Origin: Squalus acanthias
Lineage: Eukaryota
Length of the DNA stretch: 64,000 bases
Assembly: GCA_030390025.1 (NCBI GenBank)
Contig: CM059432.1
Span: 118,050,001 to 118,114,000, forward strand
Direction: 5' to 3'
The notes below the pieces were generated by a model. The model was not told the origin of the DNA. It saw only the letters and a program-made list of their open reading frames with translations, and did no database searches. Shown here one piece after another: positions 23,952 through 34,039 of the stretch (position 1 is its first letter; each line of letters opens with the position of its first letter). The position numbers were made by a program, and so were the translations under genes.

Positions 23952-23985
23952 CTGACGAAAGGTCATCGACCTGAAACGTTAACTC
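23952..23985 (+). ncRNA. Minimal hammerhead ribozyme-like core in the PLE 3' region
   Basis: CTGACGA (23952-23958), stem II AGGTC/GACCT, GAAA (23973-23976), then palindromic GTTAAC. Confidence 0.7.
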
Positions 23986-24764
23986 TGTTTCTCTCTTCAC
24001 AGATGCTGCCTGGCCTGCTGAGTGTCTCCAGCATTTTCTGTTTTTTTTTCACTGCAATTACTGTTGAGTTGGAAGGCAACAGCCGAAAATGGCCAATGAA
24101 AAATGTATTTCCCTCACCATCCAGGGTAGCACTTACATCCCGTCAGGAATTTCTGAATTAACATTTACCAGTAGCTTTTCAAGTAGAACAGAATCGCCAT
24201 CAATCTGTTAACTGATGTAATCAGCATGGTTTTATTTTGGTTTGTTTTCCATGCTATCAAGTAATCACCTGGAGCAATGGCCATGGAACTCCTGCCCCAG
24301 GTTGACAGATGTGGTTCCCGAGCTGCGTGAATCCTGTGGCCATGCAGGGAAATTTTAAAAAGTAGGGGGAAAAAGGCTCTTAAGTGCCTGTAAAGTACCT
24401 CATAATGATTTCAATTGGGTCCCCCGCCACTACAGGTCTGGTCGGCTCCACGATGACAGATGCGCTTGCGGGAAAGGCGGGTGGCAGTGAGATGACAGCG
24501 GGTTCCTGGCCCGCTGTCAAAAATAACAACTTTCCCACCCGGACTGCCACCGATCGCGCCCGGTACCACCCCGAAAAATTCAGCCCATTGATTTGCATTG
24601 CTTTAACATTTATCACATTGTTAAAAGGGTACTTTACGCTATTAATTATGAGCCCTAACTTTCTGTGGTGAGTTTAGTGGAAACAGTTTCTCCCCATTTA
24701 CTCTATCACAACCCCTCATAACAATCCAGCTTCTCTAGTCTCTCCACACAATTGAAGTTCGTCC

Positions 24765-24812
24765 GTTCTTTCTTTCTTTCTTTCTTTCTTTCTTTCCTTC
24801 TTTCTTTCTTTC
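24765..24812 (+). repeat. (TTTC)n microsatellite
   Basis: Direct tetranucleotide run. Confidence 0.9.
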
Positions 24813-24839
24813 CCCTATGATATTTTATAATGGCATTCA

Positions 24840-25060
24840 TGCTTTACCTTGATGACCTTTAAGTGTAAAACTATTTTTCTTCAGCTCTGTCATCTTCAAC
24901 TCCTTCTGGTTGTCGCGACAACATTCTCCGTGACATGTCCCTATGCTTAGCTCCTCTTTTGCATATTTGGGATTTTGCCCTCCCAAAAAATCCATTACAG
25001 AGTTAACAAGTATTTGTAGCTCATTAAGATGTAATTTTATCTTTTGGCGTGGAGCCATTC
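24840..25060 (-). pseudogene. Decayed Myb/SANT-like (Harbinger-type) gene fragment
   Basis: MAPRQKIKLHLNELQILVNSV...AKEE resembles the RxxxFxxxELxxLV start of these proteins. Confidence 0.4.
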
Positions 25061-26054
25061 TCCAGTATAATTACACACCCCACAGCTAGATTAATGAACT
25101 CTCTGACATTTTCCCCGGTTAAGTGGCCCGCTAGCTGTTCGTTTTGCAGGTGCATCATGAATGGCTGCAAGTTTTTCTCAAAAAATGCACTCTCAAGAGT
25201 CAACTTTTCAAAATTGTGCATCACTGGATTTTGTTAGTGGCTTGTTAACCTTGACAAAAGCACAGACATTCCTCCCATTTGGAAAAATAGGAATTGCGAA
25301 CCACTATAATGGATACAACTTTGCGCTGACTCGCCCTATTGTCCTTTTCCATTGTTACGCTTTTTAGAATCACCTTATCATTTACAAGTAATACTTGATT
25401 AAAAAGAATGCTAAATGCGATTTCAATAATTTCTTGACTGGGAGCTGGGTAATACTTTTAGTGCATGGTTCCTGCATTGTAAGCTGAATCTATTGCAGTG
25501 AGCTTAATTTCTGCAAGGCCTGCTCTCAGCATGAATTTTATGAATCAGCAACTAAATTCTAAAATCTCCAGAGTAACAGGGTGGTGGTTTAATAATGTGC
25601 AAAATCACAGGATTTATTACTGTTAGGCAACTTATCCTCAAAATTTTATATGCGTGAATACGATTGTGCAAATAAAAACCAGAATGGCATTACCATTACT
25701 AAAATTCAAATGGCTAGAAATTCGTTATAGCCAAGAAATGAACAGTGCTTAGACTAAAAATGGTTAAGTAGCGCCACCTGAAAAATCATCTAGAATGCAC
25801 GCAAAATTCATGCTCACTCCTCATTAAATGATTGCAGTCATGATTCTAATCTAAAAGCCCAAGCTCATTGGTGTTAAACTGAAAATCTGAACCAATATCA
25901 GGGGCAGTCTAATTTCAAGTCATGATTCCCACAGGCTTTTTTCGCTACTTAAAGGGGAGGTTCATTGATGTCTCATTCTCATCATTGTTGGGTGTGCAGC
26001 TGCCCCAACAATTCTAAGATGCAGAGGAGAAGGATCAGTTACTAACAAATTGTG

Positions 26055-27910
26055 ATGGCAGATCGTTGTCCCAGGGAGAGAGCCCGGAGGTTCTCTAATG
26101 AAGCTTTGGAGGCTTTGGTTTTCGCGGTCGAGAGAAGACGGGTGGTTCTGTATCCGCCAACTGGCAGGAGTCCCTCGCCACAAATCTGCTGGACTATGTG
26201 GAGGGAGGTGGTACACCACGTCACAGGCAGCACTGTGGTCCCCAGGACCCACACACAGTGCAGGAAGCAGTTTAACGACATCACACGGGTAATCAGGGTG
26301 AGTAAAAGCTTCAACAAATGCTACATACCACCATCTGAACCACAGTCTTCACACACTGCCCAAAGCACCACACCCCCAACACTCACCCACCAATAATCTC
26401 TACCTAGCAACACTCACACCCACATCTCACACCTTGCACACAATGACAGCTATTCAACTATGGCAGGCACATCACCCAAACATTGCACCACACTCACTCA
26501 CACACTTTCCTTTCTCATGCAGGCCAAGGTGGCTCACAACCGGAGGAAGAAGGAGCGGTCAGGTGGGGGCCAAGACCACATTGAATAGCTGAGCCAGCTG
26601 GAGAGTAGAGTGCTGGAGATAATTCGGTGTCAGGTTGTGGGTACCATGGCCACCGACGACGTTGACTCTCTTGGGGACAACAACGGTATGTTCATTCTTA
26701 TTCCTTCTTCTCACATCCCACTTCCCCCTCAGCCCACAATCTTTTCTCACTTTCAAGCTACTCATGCTGTATGCATGCATTTATCCCTTGCTGCTCCCTC
26801 CCCTCACCATAACCCGACTCTTGTGCCTTTCTACTATCAGATAATCAGCAAGCACCTGAGCTGCCTGTCCCTGAGGGAACTGCAGAGAGCGAGGGAGGAG
26901 AAGAGGAGGAGGAGGAGGAGGAGGAAGAAGAGACCGCATCACTGCATCTGTCACTTGTAGACACCAGTTCAGATACTGGCACTACGCGTTCCTTAGAGGC
27001 TAGTGTATTAGCAGGATCTGCACAGGTTGAGGAAGCGGGCACAAGTGGGCTGCAGCAAGTCCAGGGGGAAAGGGTAGCTCGGGGGCCAGCTCCCCAGAGG
27101 ACAAGTTCATGCGTGAGTTCTGCTCCACAGGACTCAGATGAGGACCTCGATAGGGAAGCCTTTAGAAGAAGGGTGATGGGCATGCACACAGATATGATAG
27201 CTGCAGTGGCAAAGCTGCCAGAGAGCCTCTCGGCAATGACAAGGAGCATGGAGGAGTCCGCCTCCAACATTGCACAGAGCTCTGCGCACACCATGGAGCC
27301 CATCATTTCCAAACTGGAAGACCAAGGCGCGCATGATGAGCAATGTCGCATCTTCCATTGCAGTACAGGTGGAAGCAACCCAACATCTTAGTGCTGCAGC
27401 GGAAGCTCAGATTGCTTTCATGCAGTTTCAGCATGATGCCACGCAAGCTCTAACTGCTGCCATCGTGGCTGAGTCAACCACCATCGACCGGGGTTTTCAT
27501 GGTGTTGCAGCAGGCCAGCAATCTGTGCTCCAACAGATTGGTAGTAATGCTGAGGTGCTGCCCCTGGGGAGTGGCAGTGGGTCAGTGGAACAGGAACCTG
27601 CTGTCCTCTCTCAGGATGACAGCACTCCTGCTACCAACATGCCACTCCACCATTGCCCTTGTCGCTGCCTGTCATCCAGCCAGCCCAGACTGCTGCCGCC
27701 CATGCTGAGGTGGTGCAGTCTACAGCCAGGCCTTCCAGGCCCAAAGCTGGTCGAGGTCATCCTGCAAGGCCATCTGAAGTTTCTCGCATGGACACTCAGC
27801 AGCCTTCCACCAGCCGTGCTGCAGCCACTGGGCTAACACTTCGTAGGAGCACTAGAGCAGGCAAAGGCACAGTAATGACAGGCACTAGGGGATTGCACAA
27901 GGGTGAATAG
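26055..27910 (+). pseudogene. Harbinger Myb/SANT-like DNA-binding protein gene; exons 26055-26297, 26523-26685, 26841-27910
   Basis: RARRFSNEALEALV...WREV...RTHTQCRKQFNDI; GT-AG introns with consistent phases (0, then 1); stop in exon 2 and frameshifts in exon 3. Confidence 0.85.
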
Positions 27911-28066
27911 TTAATCGTGTTGATGTGATATGTGTATAGATAAATTTATTAATTCTGTTTGGTGGTGTTTCATTTCAGCTTTGCACCCAGGAGGACGCTG
28001 TGATATGGCCTGCGACAGGGATGGAATGATGGGGATCTGGTGAGCAACGGGGATTTGTTTTTTTAA

Positions 28067-29168
28067 TCATTCGAATCGGAGTCTGATGAGCCGGTTACGG
28101 ACCGCCCGTCCGGAAAGCCGATTGTCTGGCTGTTTCCTCTCTCCCTCCTTGTCCTCTTCCTCCTGAGGTGGCCCCGCAATCCCTGGTGGCAAGGGCTGCG
28201 CCTTCATGATGACCAAGTTGTGGAGCATGCAGCATACCACCACGAAATGAGACACCCGCTCTGGCGAGTACTGGAGGGCTCCTCCCGAGCGGTCAAGGCA
28301 GCGGAACCGTTGCTTCAGTAGGCTGATGGTCTGCTCGATGATGTTTCTGGTGGGAGCATGGCTCTCATTATGAGTGCTGGGCACGAGTGTTGGGGTTGCA
28401 GAGGGGAGTAAGAGCCAGGTGGAGAGCGGATAGCCCTTGTCTCCAAACAGCCGCCCTCGAGCTTGACATGGTGGCTGGAAGAGTGCTGGCAGGAGTCTGG
28501 TGTAGGATGAAGGCATTGTGACTGCTGCCAGGATAGCAAGCATTGACATTGAAGATTCACTGTGTGTGGTCACACACCAACTGGACATTATGTGTGTGGT
28601 AGCCTTTGCGGTTACCGAAGATCTCAGGATTGTTATGCAGTGCCTGCAAAGCCACACGGGTGCAGTTGGTGGCACCCTGCACCATGGGGACGCCCGCTAT
28701 CCTGACAAAGCCACATACACACTCATCCTGCTTCTCTCTGGTGATGAGGAAGCCAATGTAGTCCCTTCTTGTGTAGAGAGCCTCAGTGACCGCCCGGATG
28801 CAGCGATGGATGGCGAACTGGGAGATGTCTCCTGCTGCAGACTGGAAGGATCCACTGGTGAAGAAATTGAGGGTGACGCTGACCTTGACTGCCACTGGGA
28901 GAGCCATGGTCGCCCTGGTCTGAGGCTGGAGGTCTGGTTACAGGAGGTGGCAGAGTTCTGTGACCACCTCCTTGGTGAAGCGGAGCCTTCTAATGCACTG
29001 CTCCTCGCTTAATTTAAGGTAGGTGAAGTGCTCTCAGAATACCCTCGAGTCCAGAGTCCTAATGGCCCTCCTCCTCCCTCTGTGCACATGTTCCCGTCTT
29101 TCTTGCTGCTTCCGCTCACTCTGCCATAGATCCTGGAGGGCGAGGTCGACTGCCAGTACAGCCCCCAT
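28067..29168 (-). pseudogene. Harbinger DDE transposase, disrupted
   Basis: EQCIRRLRFTKEVVTELCHL, LNFFTSGSFQ, VQGATNCTRV, NVQLVCD, GDKGYPL, IEQTISLLKQRFRCL, CCMLHN. Confidence 0.92.
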
Positions 29169-29261
29169 GACTTTTAGCAAGTTTGTAGTTGAAGCGTTTC
29201 AAAAATAATGAGGCAGTTTTGTACTTGCCAGAAAACTCCGATACCAAATAACCTTGAAGTG

Positions 29262-29355
29262 ACTAAAGGTCTTCGACCTGAAACGTTAACTCTGTTTCTC
29301 TCTCCACGGATGCTGCCTGGCCTGCTGAGTTTTTCCAGCGTTTTCTGTTGTTATT
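29262..29355 (+). mobile_element. Short PLE 3'-end fragment with a degenerate hammerhead core
   Basis: AAAGGTCTTCGACCTGAAACGTTAACTCTGTTTCTC...GATGCTGCC, nearly identical to 23959-24040. Confidence 0.8.
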
Positions 29356-29815
29356 CAAGAAAATTCTTGCAGTAGCAGGAATTAGCACACAGTCATTCAA
29401 ACTGCAAAACCCTGTCAGGTGCGAGTGATTGGTGATGATCCCTTTAAATATCGTCGCTGGAGCCAGCTTCCTGCTGCTGCACGCCAGCTCTACCTGTCGT
29501 TGCTTTCTCCAGCCAGTAAGTTCAATGGCCAAAACAAAGTTGGGAGATCCGGCATCAAGTGAGCGTTGCACACTCACATAAGAACATAAGAACATAAGAA
29601 ATAGGAGCAGGAGTAGGCCAATCGGCCCATCGAGCCTGCTCCGCCATTCAATAAGATCATGGCTGATCTGATCCTAACCGCCAATCTACTATCTATCACA
29701 GAAACATCTCCTGCATCTAACAGAATTGCACACACGAAATAGGAGCAGAATCAGGCTACACAGTCCCTGGGCCCGCTCCACTACCCACAGGGCCATGACC
29801 GATCCGAACCTAGAC

Positions 29816-32767
29816 TCATGTCCAAATTCCTGCCCGCTCCCCGTAACCCTTAATGCCCTTTACTTCTAGGAAACTGTCTATTTCTGTTTTAAATTTAATT
29901 AATGTTGTAGCTTCTACAGCTTTTTGTGGCAGCATATTCCATGGACCTACCACCCTCTGAGTGAAGTAGTTCCTCCTCATCTCAGTTTTGAAAGAGCAGC
30001 CCCTTATTCTAAGACTATGTCCCCTAGTTCTCGTCTCACCCGTCATCGGGAACATCCTCCCCGCATCCACCCGATCCAACCCCTTCACAATCTTATATGT
30101 TTCAATAAGATCGCCTCTCATTCTTCTGAACTCCAATGAGTAGAGTCCCAATCTACCCAACCTCTCCTCATATGACCACCCCCTCATCTCCGGGATTAAC
30201 CGAGTGAACCTTTTTTGCACTGCCTCGAGAGCAAGGATGTCTTTCCTTAAGTAAGGACACCAAAACTGTATGCAGTATTCCAGGTGCGGTCTCACCAATA
30301 CCTTGTACAACTGAAGCAATACCTCCCTATTTTTATATTCTATCCCCCTAGCAATGAAAGCCAACATTCCATTTGCCTTCTTAATCACTTGCTGCACCTG
30401 CATACTAACCTTTTGAGTTTCGTGCACCAGGACCCCCAGATCCCTTTGCACTTCAGTACTCTCCAGTTTCTTGCCATTAAGATAATAAATTGCTCTAGGA
30501 TTTTTCCTGCCAAAGTGCATCACCTCACACTTTCCAGTGCTGTATTCCATCTGCCAAATCTCTGCCCACTTACTTAGCCTGTCTATGTCCCCTTGCAGGT
30601 TTTTTATGTCCTCCTCACTCACTACTTTCCCTCCCATCTTTGTATCATCTGCAAATTTTGATATGTTACACTTGGTCCCTTCCTCCAAATCGTTAATATA
30701 GATTGTGAAGAGTTGGGGACCCAGCACTGACCCCTGTGGAACACCACTAGTTACTGATTGCCAGTCTGAGAATGAACCATTTATCCCAACTCTTTGCTTT
30801 CTGTTAGATAGCCAATCCTCTATCCATGCCAGAATATTACCCCCAATCCCGTGATTTTTTACCTTAAGCAATAATCTTTTGTGTGGCACCTTGTCAAATG
30901 CCTTTTGGAAGTCTAAATACACTACGTCCACTGGTTCCCCTTTATCCACTCTATATGTTACTTCCTCAAAGAACTCCAGCAAATTTGTCAAACATGACTT
31001 CCCCTTCGTAAAACCATGCTGACTTTGTCCTATTAAATTATGATTATCCAAATGTCTTGTTACTGTTTCCTTAATAATGGACTCCAAAATTTTACCTACC
31101 ACAGATGTTAGGCTAACCGGTCTATAGTTACCAGCCTTCTGTCTACTGCCCTTTTTAAATAAGGGTGTTACATTAGCAGTTTTCCAGTCTGCCGGGACCT
31201 TAGCGGAATCCAGGGAGTTTTGAAAAATTATTACCAATGCATCTACAATCCCTACCGCCACTTCCTTCAAGACTCTAGGATGTAAGCCATCAGGTCCAGG
31301 TGATTTATCCGCCTTGAGTCCCATTATTTTACCGAGTACCACTTCCTTAGTGATTTTGATCGTGTTTAGCTCCTCTCCCCCTATAGCCCCCTGTTTGTCC
31401 AGTGTTGGGATATTCTTAGTGTCCTCTACTGTAAAGACTGATACAAAATATTCATTCAGTGTTTTTGCCATCTCCATATTTCCCACCATTAATTTCCCGG
31501 TCTCATCCTCTAAGGGACCAACATTTACTTTAGCCACCCTTTTTCTTTTTATATAACTATAAAAACTCTTACTATCTGTTTTTATATTTTTTGCTAATTT
31601 ACTTTCATAATCTATCTTCCCTTTCTTAATCAATCTTTTTGTTATTTTTTGCTGCCTTTTAAAGTTTTCCCAATCCTCTGTCCTCCCACTAGATTTCGCT
31701 ACCTTATATGCCCTTGTTTTTAGTCGAATACTATCCTTAATTTCTTTACTTAGCCACGGATGACTGTCCTTTCTTTTACACCCTTTTCTTTTCAGTGGAA
31801 TATATTTTTTTTGGAAGTTGTAAAATAACTCCTTGAATGTACACCACTGATCATGTGTCGTCTTACCCTTTAATCTATTTTCCCAATCCACTCTACTAAA
31901 TTCCGCTCGCATACCTTCATAGTCTCCTTTATTCAAGCTTAGCACGCTTGTTTGAGATCCAACCTTCTCACCCTCTAATTGAATATGGAATTCAACCATG
32001 TTATGGTCACTCATTCCAAGGGGATCCTTTACTAGGACATTTTTAATTAATCCTGTCTCGTTACACAGGACCAGATCTAAGGTTGCTTGCCCCCTGGTCG
32101 GTTCAGTTACATACTGCTCAAGAAACCCATCCCTAATACACTCAATGAACTCATCCTCAAGGCAGCCCTGCCCCATTTGATTTGTCCAATTAATATGATA
32201 GTTAAAATCCCCCATAATTATAGATGTTCCCTTATTACATGCCTCAACTATTTCCTGATTGATACTCCGTCCAATAGAGTTGCAACTGTTCGGAGGCCTA
32301 TAGACTACGCCCACTAATGTTTTTTTCCCCTTATTATTCCTTATCTCCACCCAAACTGTTTCATTATCATGATTTTTTGACCCAATATCATTACTCTGTA
32401 TTACAGTGATTCCTTCCTTTATTAACATAGCCACCCCACCTCCCCTTCCTTCCTGCCTGTCCTTCCTGATCGTTAAATAACCTGGTATGTTTAATTCCCA
32501 GGCATTGTCACCCTGCAGCCATGTTTCTGTAATGGCCACAATATCATAACCATATGTAGTTATTTGTGCCATTAACTCGTCTATTTTGTTACGAATGCTA
32601 CGTGCATTCAGATAGAGAACTTTCAAATATGCTTTGTGGCACTTAGTTCCTGCTTTTTCACTTTTTACCAGTTTACCTTTTACTCCACACACTCTGTCCC
32701 TTCCTGCCACGCTCTGATTTGTGATTCCCCTACTGCTACCTATGTCTATGACCCTCTCTGTTGTCAT
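29816..32767 (-). CDS. CR1 ORF2: AP endonuclease + reverse transcriptase (983 aa from the first ATG)
   Basis: YLNARSI, ITETWL, MGDFN, SDH; KSPGPDG, NYRPVSLT, LDFQKAFD, VPQGSVLGP, FADD; no interruptions. Confidence 0.97.
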   Translation of the reverse strand: MTTERVIDIGSSRGITNQSVAGRDRVCGVKGKLVKSEKAGTKCHKAYLKVLYLNARSIRNKIDELMAQITTYGYDIVAITETWLQGDNAWELNIPGYLTIRKDRQEGRGGGVAMLIKEGITVIQSNDIGSKNHDNETVWVEIRNNKGKKTLVGVVYRPPNSCNSIGRSINQEIVEACNKGTSIIMGDFNYHINWTNQMGQGCLEDEFIECIRDGFLEQYVTEPTRGQATLDLVLCNETGLIKNVLVKDPLGMSDHNMVEFHIQLEGEKVGSQTSVLSLNKGDYEGMRAEFSRVDWENRLKGKTTHDQWCTFKELFYNFQKKYIPLKRKGCKRKDSHPWLSKEIKDSIRLKTRAYKVAKSSGRTEDWENFKRQQKITKRLIKKGKIDYESKLAKNIKTDSKSFYSYIKRKRVAKVNVGPLEDETGKLMVGNMEMAKTLNEYFVSVFTVEDTKNIPTLDKQGAIGGEELNTIKITKEVVLGKIMGLKADKSPGPDGLHPRVLKEVAVGIVDALVIIFQNSLDSAKVPADWKTANVTPLFKKGSRQKAGNYRPVSLTSVVGKILESIIKETVTRHLDNHNLIGQSQHGFTKGKSCLTNLLEFFEEVTYRVDKGEPVDVVYLDFQKAFDKVPHKRLLLKVKNHGIGGNILAWIEDWLSNRKQRVGINGSFSDWQSVTSGVPQGSVLGPQLFTIYINDLEEGTKCNISKFADDTKMGGKVVSEEDIKNLQGDIDRLSKWAEIWQMEYSTGKCEVMHFGRKNPRAIYYLNGKKLESTEVQRDLGVLVHETQKVSMQVQQVIKKANGMLAFIARGIEYKNREVLLQLYKVLVRPHLEYCIQFWCPYLRKDILALEAVQKRFTRLIPEMRGWSYEERLGRLGLYSLEFRRMRGDLIETYKIVKGLDRVDAGRMFPMTGETRTRGHSLRIRGCSFKTEMRRNYFTQRVVGPWNMLPQKAVEATTLIKFKTEIDSFLEVKGIKGYGERAGIWT

Positions 32768-32805
32768 TTTTATTTTTTGCTCTCTTGAAACCTCCCCCCC
32801 ACTAA

Positions 32806-32815
32806 TTAGTTTAAA
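32806..32815 (-). other. Candidate -1 programmed ribosomal frameshift site (T_TTA_AAC then TAA)
   Basis: X_XXY_YYZ heptamer in ORF1 phase at 32815-32809; the -1 frame has no stop up to the ORF2 ATG at 32767. Confidence 0.65.
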
Positions 32816-33762
32816 GCCCTCTCCACAGCCCTAGTTATTTGATTCGCCAGGACACTAGTCCCAGCACTGGCCAAGTGAAGTCCGTCCCAACGGAACAGCT
32901 CTCTCCTGCCCCAGTACTGGTGCCAGTGTCCCAAGAAGCAAAACCCATTTTTCCCACACCAGTCTTTGAGCCACGCATTCAACTCCCTGATTTTATTTAC
33001 CCTAGCCAAATTTGCTCGTGGCTCAGGTAGTAATCCAGAGATTATTACCCTCGAGGTTCTGCTTTTTAATTTGGCCCCTAGCTGCTCAAACTCCCTCAGC
33101 AGAACCTCTTTCCTTGTCCTATCTATGTCATTGGTACCAACATGGACCACTACAACTGGATCCTCCCCCTCCCACTCCAAGTTTCTCTCCAGCCCAGAGG
33201 AGATGTCCTTAACCCTGGCACCGGGCAGGCAACACAGCCTTCGGGACTCTCGCTCTTGGCTGCAAAGAACCCTATCTATCCCCTTAATGATACTATCCCC
33301 TACCACTACAACATTTCTTTTTACTCCCCCCACTTGAATGGCCCCCCTTACCACGGTGCTGTGGCCAGGTTGCTCATCCTCCCTGCAGTCCCCGCTCCTA
33401 TCCACACAGGGAGTAAGAGCCTCGAACCTGTTGGACAAGAGCAAGGGCTGCGGCTCCTCCAACACTACCTCCTGGATCCCTGTACCTGCCTCACTCGTAG
33501 TCACACCTTCCTGTCCCTGACCACGGGCTACTTCTGAATTAGTTACTCTAATTGGTGTGACTACCTCCTGAAACATGGAGTCCAGGTAACTCTCCCCCTC
33601 CCTGATGTGTCGCAGTGTTTGAAGCTCGGACTCCAGCTCATCAACACGGAGCCGGAGTTCCTCGAGCAGCCAACACTTACTGCAAATGTGTTCACCGTGA
33701 ACATCAATGGTGTCCACCAGCTCCCACATATTGCAGCAGTAACACATCACCTGCTCTCCCAT
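32806..33762 (-). CDS. CR1 ORF1: zinc finger/leucine zipper + SGNH esterase (318 aa)
   Basis: CYCC...HICSKC, heptad leucines, VVGDSI, HVGTND, DGLH. Confidence 0.95.
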   Translation of the reverse strand: MGEQVMCYCCNMWELVDTIDVHGEHICSKCWLLEELRLRVDELESELQTLRHIREGESYLDSMFQEVVTPIRVTNSEVARGQGQEGVTTSEAGTGIQEVVLEEPQPLLLSNRFEALTPCVDRSGDCREDEQPGHSTVVRGAIQVGGVKRNVVVVGDSIIKGIDRVLCSQERESRRLCCLPGARVKDISSGLERNLEWEGEDPVVVVHVGTNDIDRTRKEVLLREFEQLGAKLKSRTSRVIISGLLPEPRANLARVNKIRELNAWLKDWCGKNGFCFLGHWHQYWGRRELFRWDGLHLASAGTSVLANQITRAVERALN

Positions 33763-34039
33763 TCTATGTAATTAATTAAAAATGTATTATTTACTGTTCA
33801 GTTAATTTATGCCAGCAGTCTCTGCTACACCACAGATACCCGAGAAACAATAAAATTGAAGTTTTGTATAAAAAAAAAAAAGAGAAATACTCACCAACCA
33901 ATCACTTACCTGCTTTCTGGTGATGTCACACTTCGATTATTTTTTACCTCTCTCCTGCTCTCGGCTTGGTGAAAGCCTACCTGGTCGCTGCCGCCTTTTA
34001 CCGCCGCCGCCTCGCCGCTGTTGCTCCACCCAGGTCCGC

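Larger units (their letters stand above)
21728..24047 (+). mobile_element. 5'-truncated Penelope-like element (RT + GIY-YIG, probably Neptune clade)
   Basis: KPADKGG, YLLPKIHK, MDVQSLYT, GVAMGT, RYIDD (after a frameshift near 22570), CKRRRCNTC, VYCICCSRCGLLYIGET; 16-bp TSD TTCACTGCAATTACTG at 21712-21727 and 24048-24063. Confidence 0.93.
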
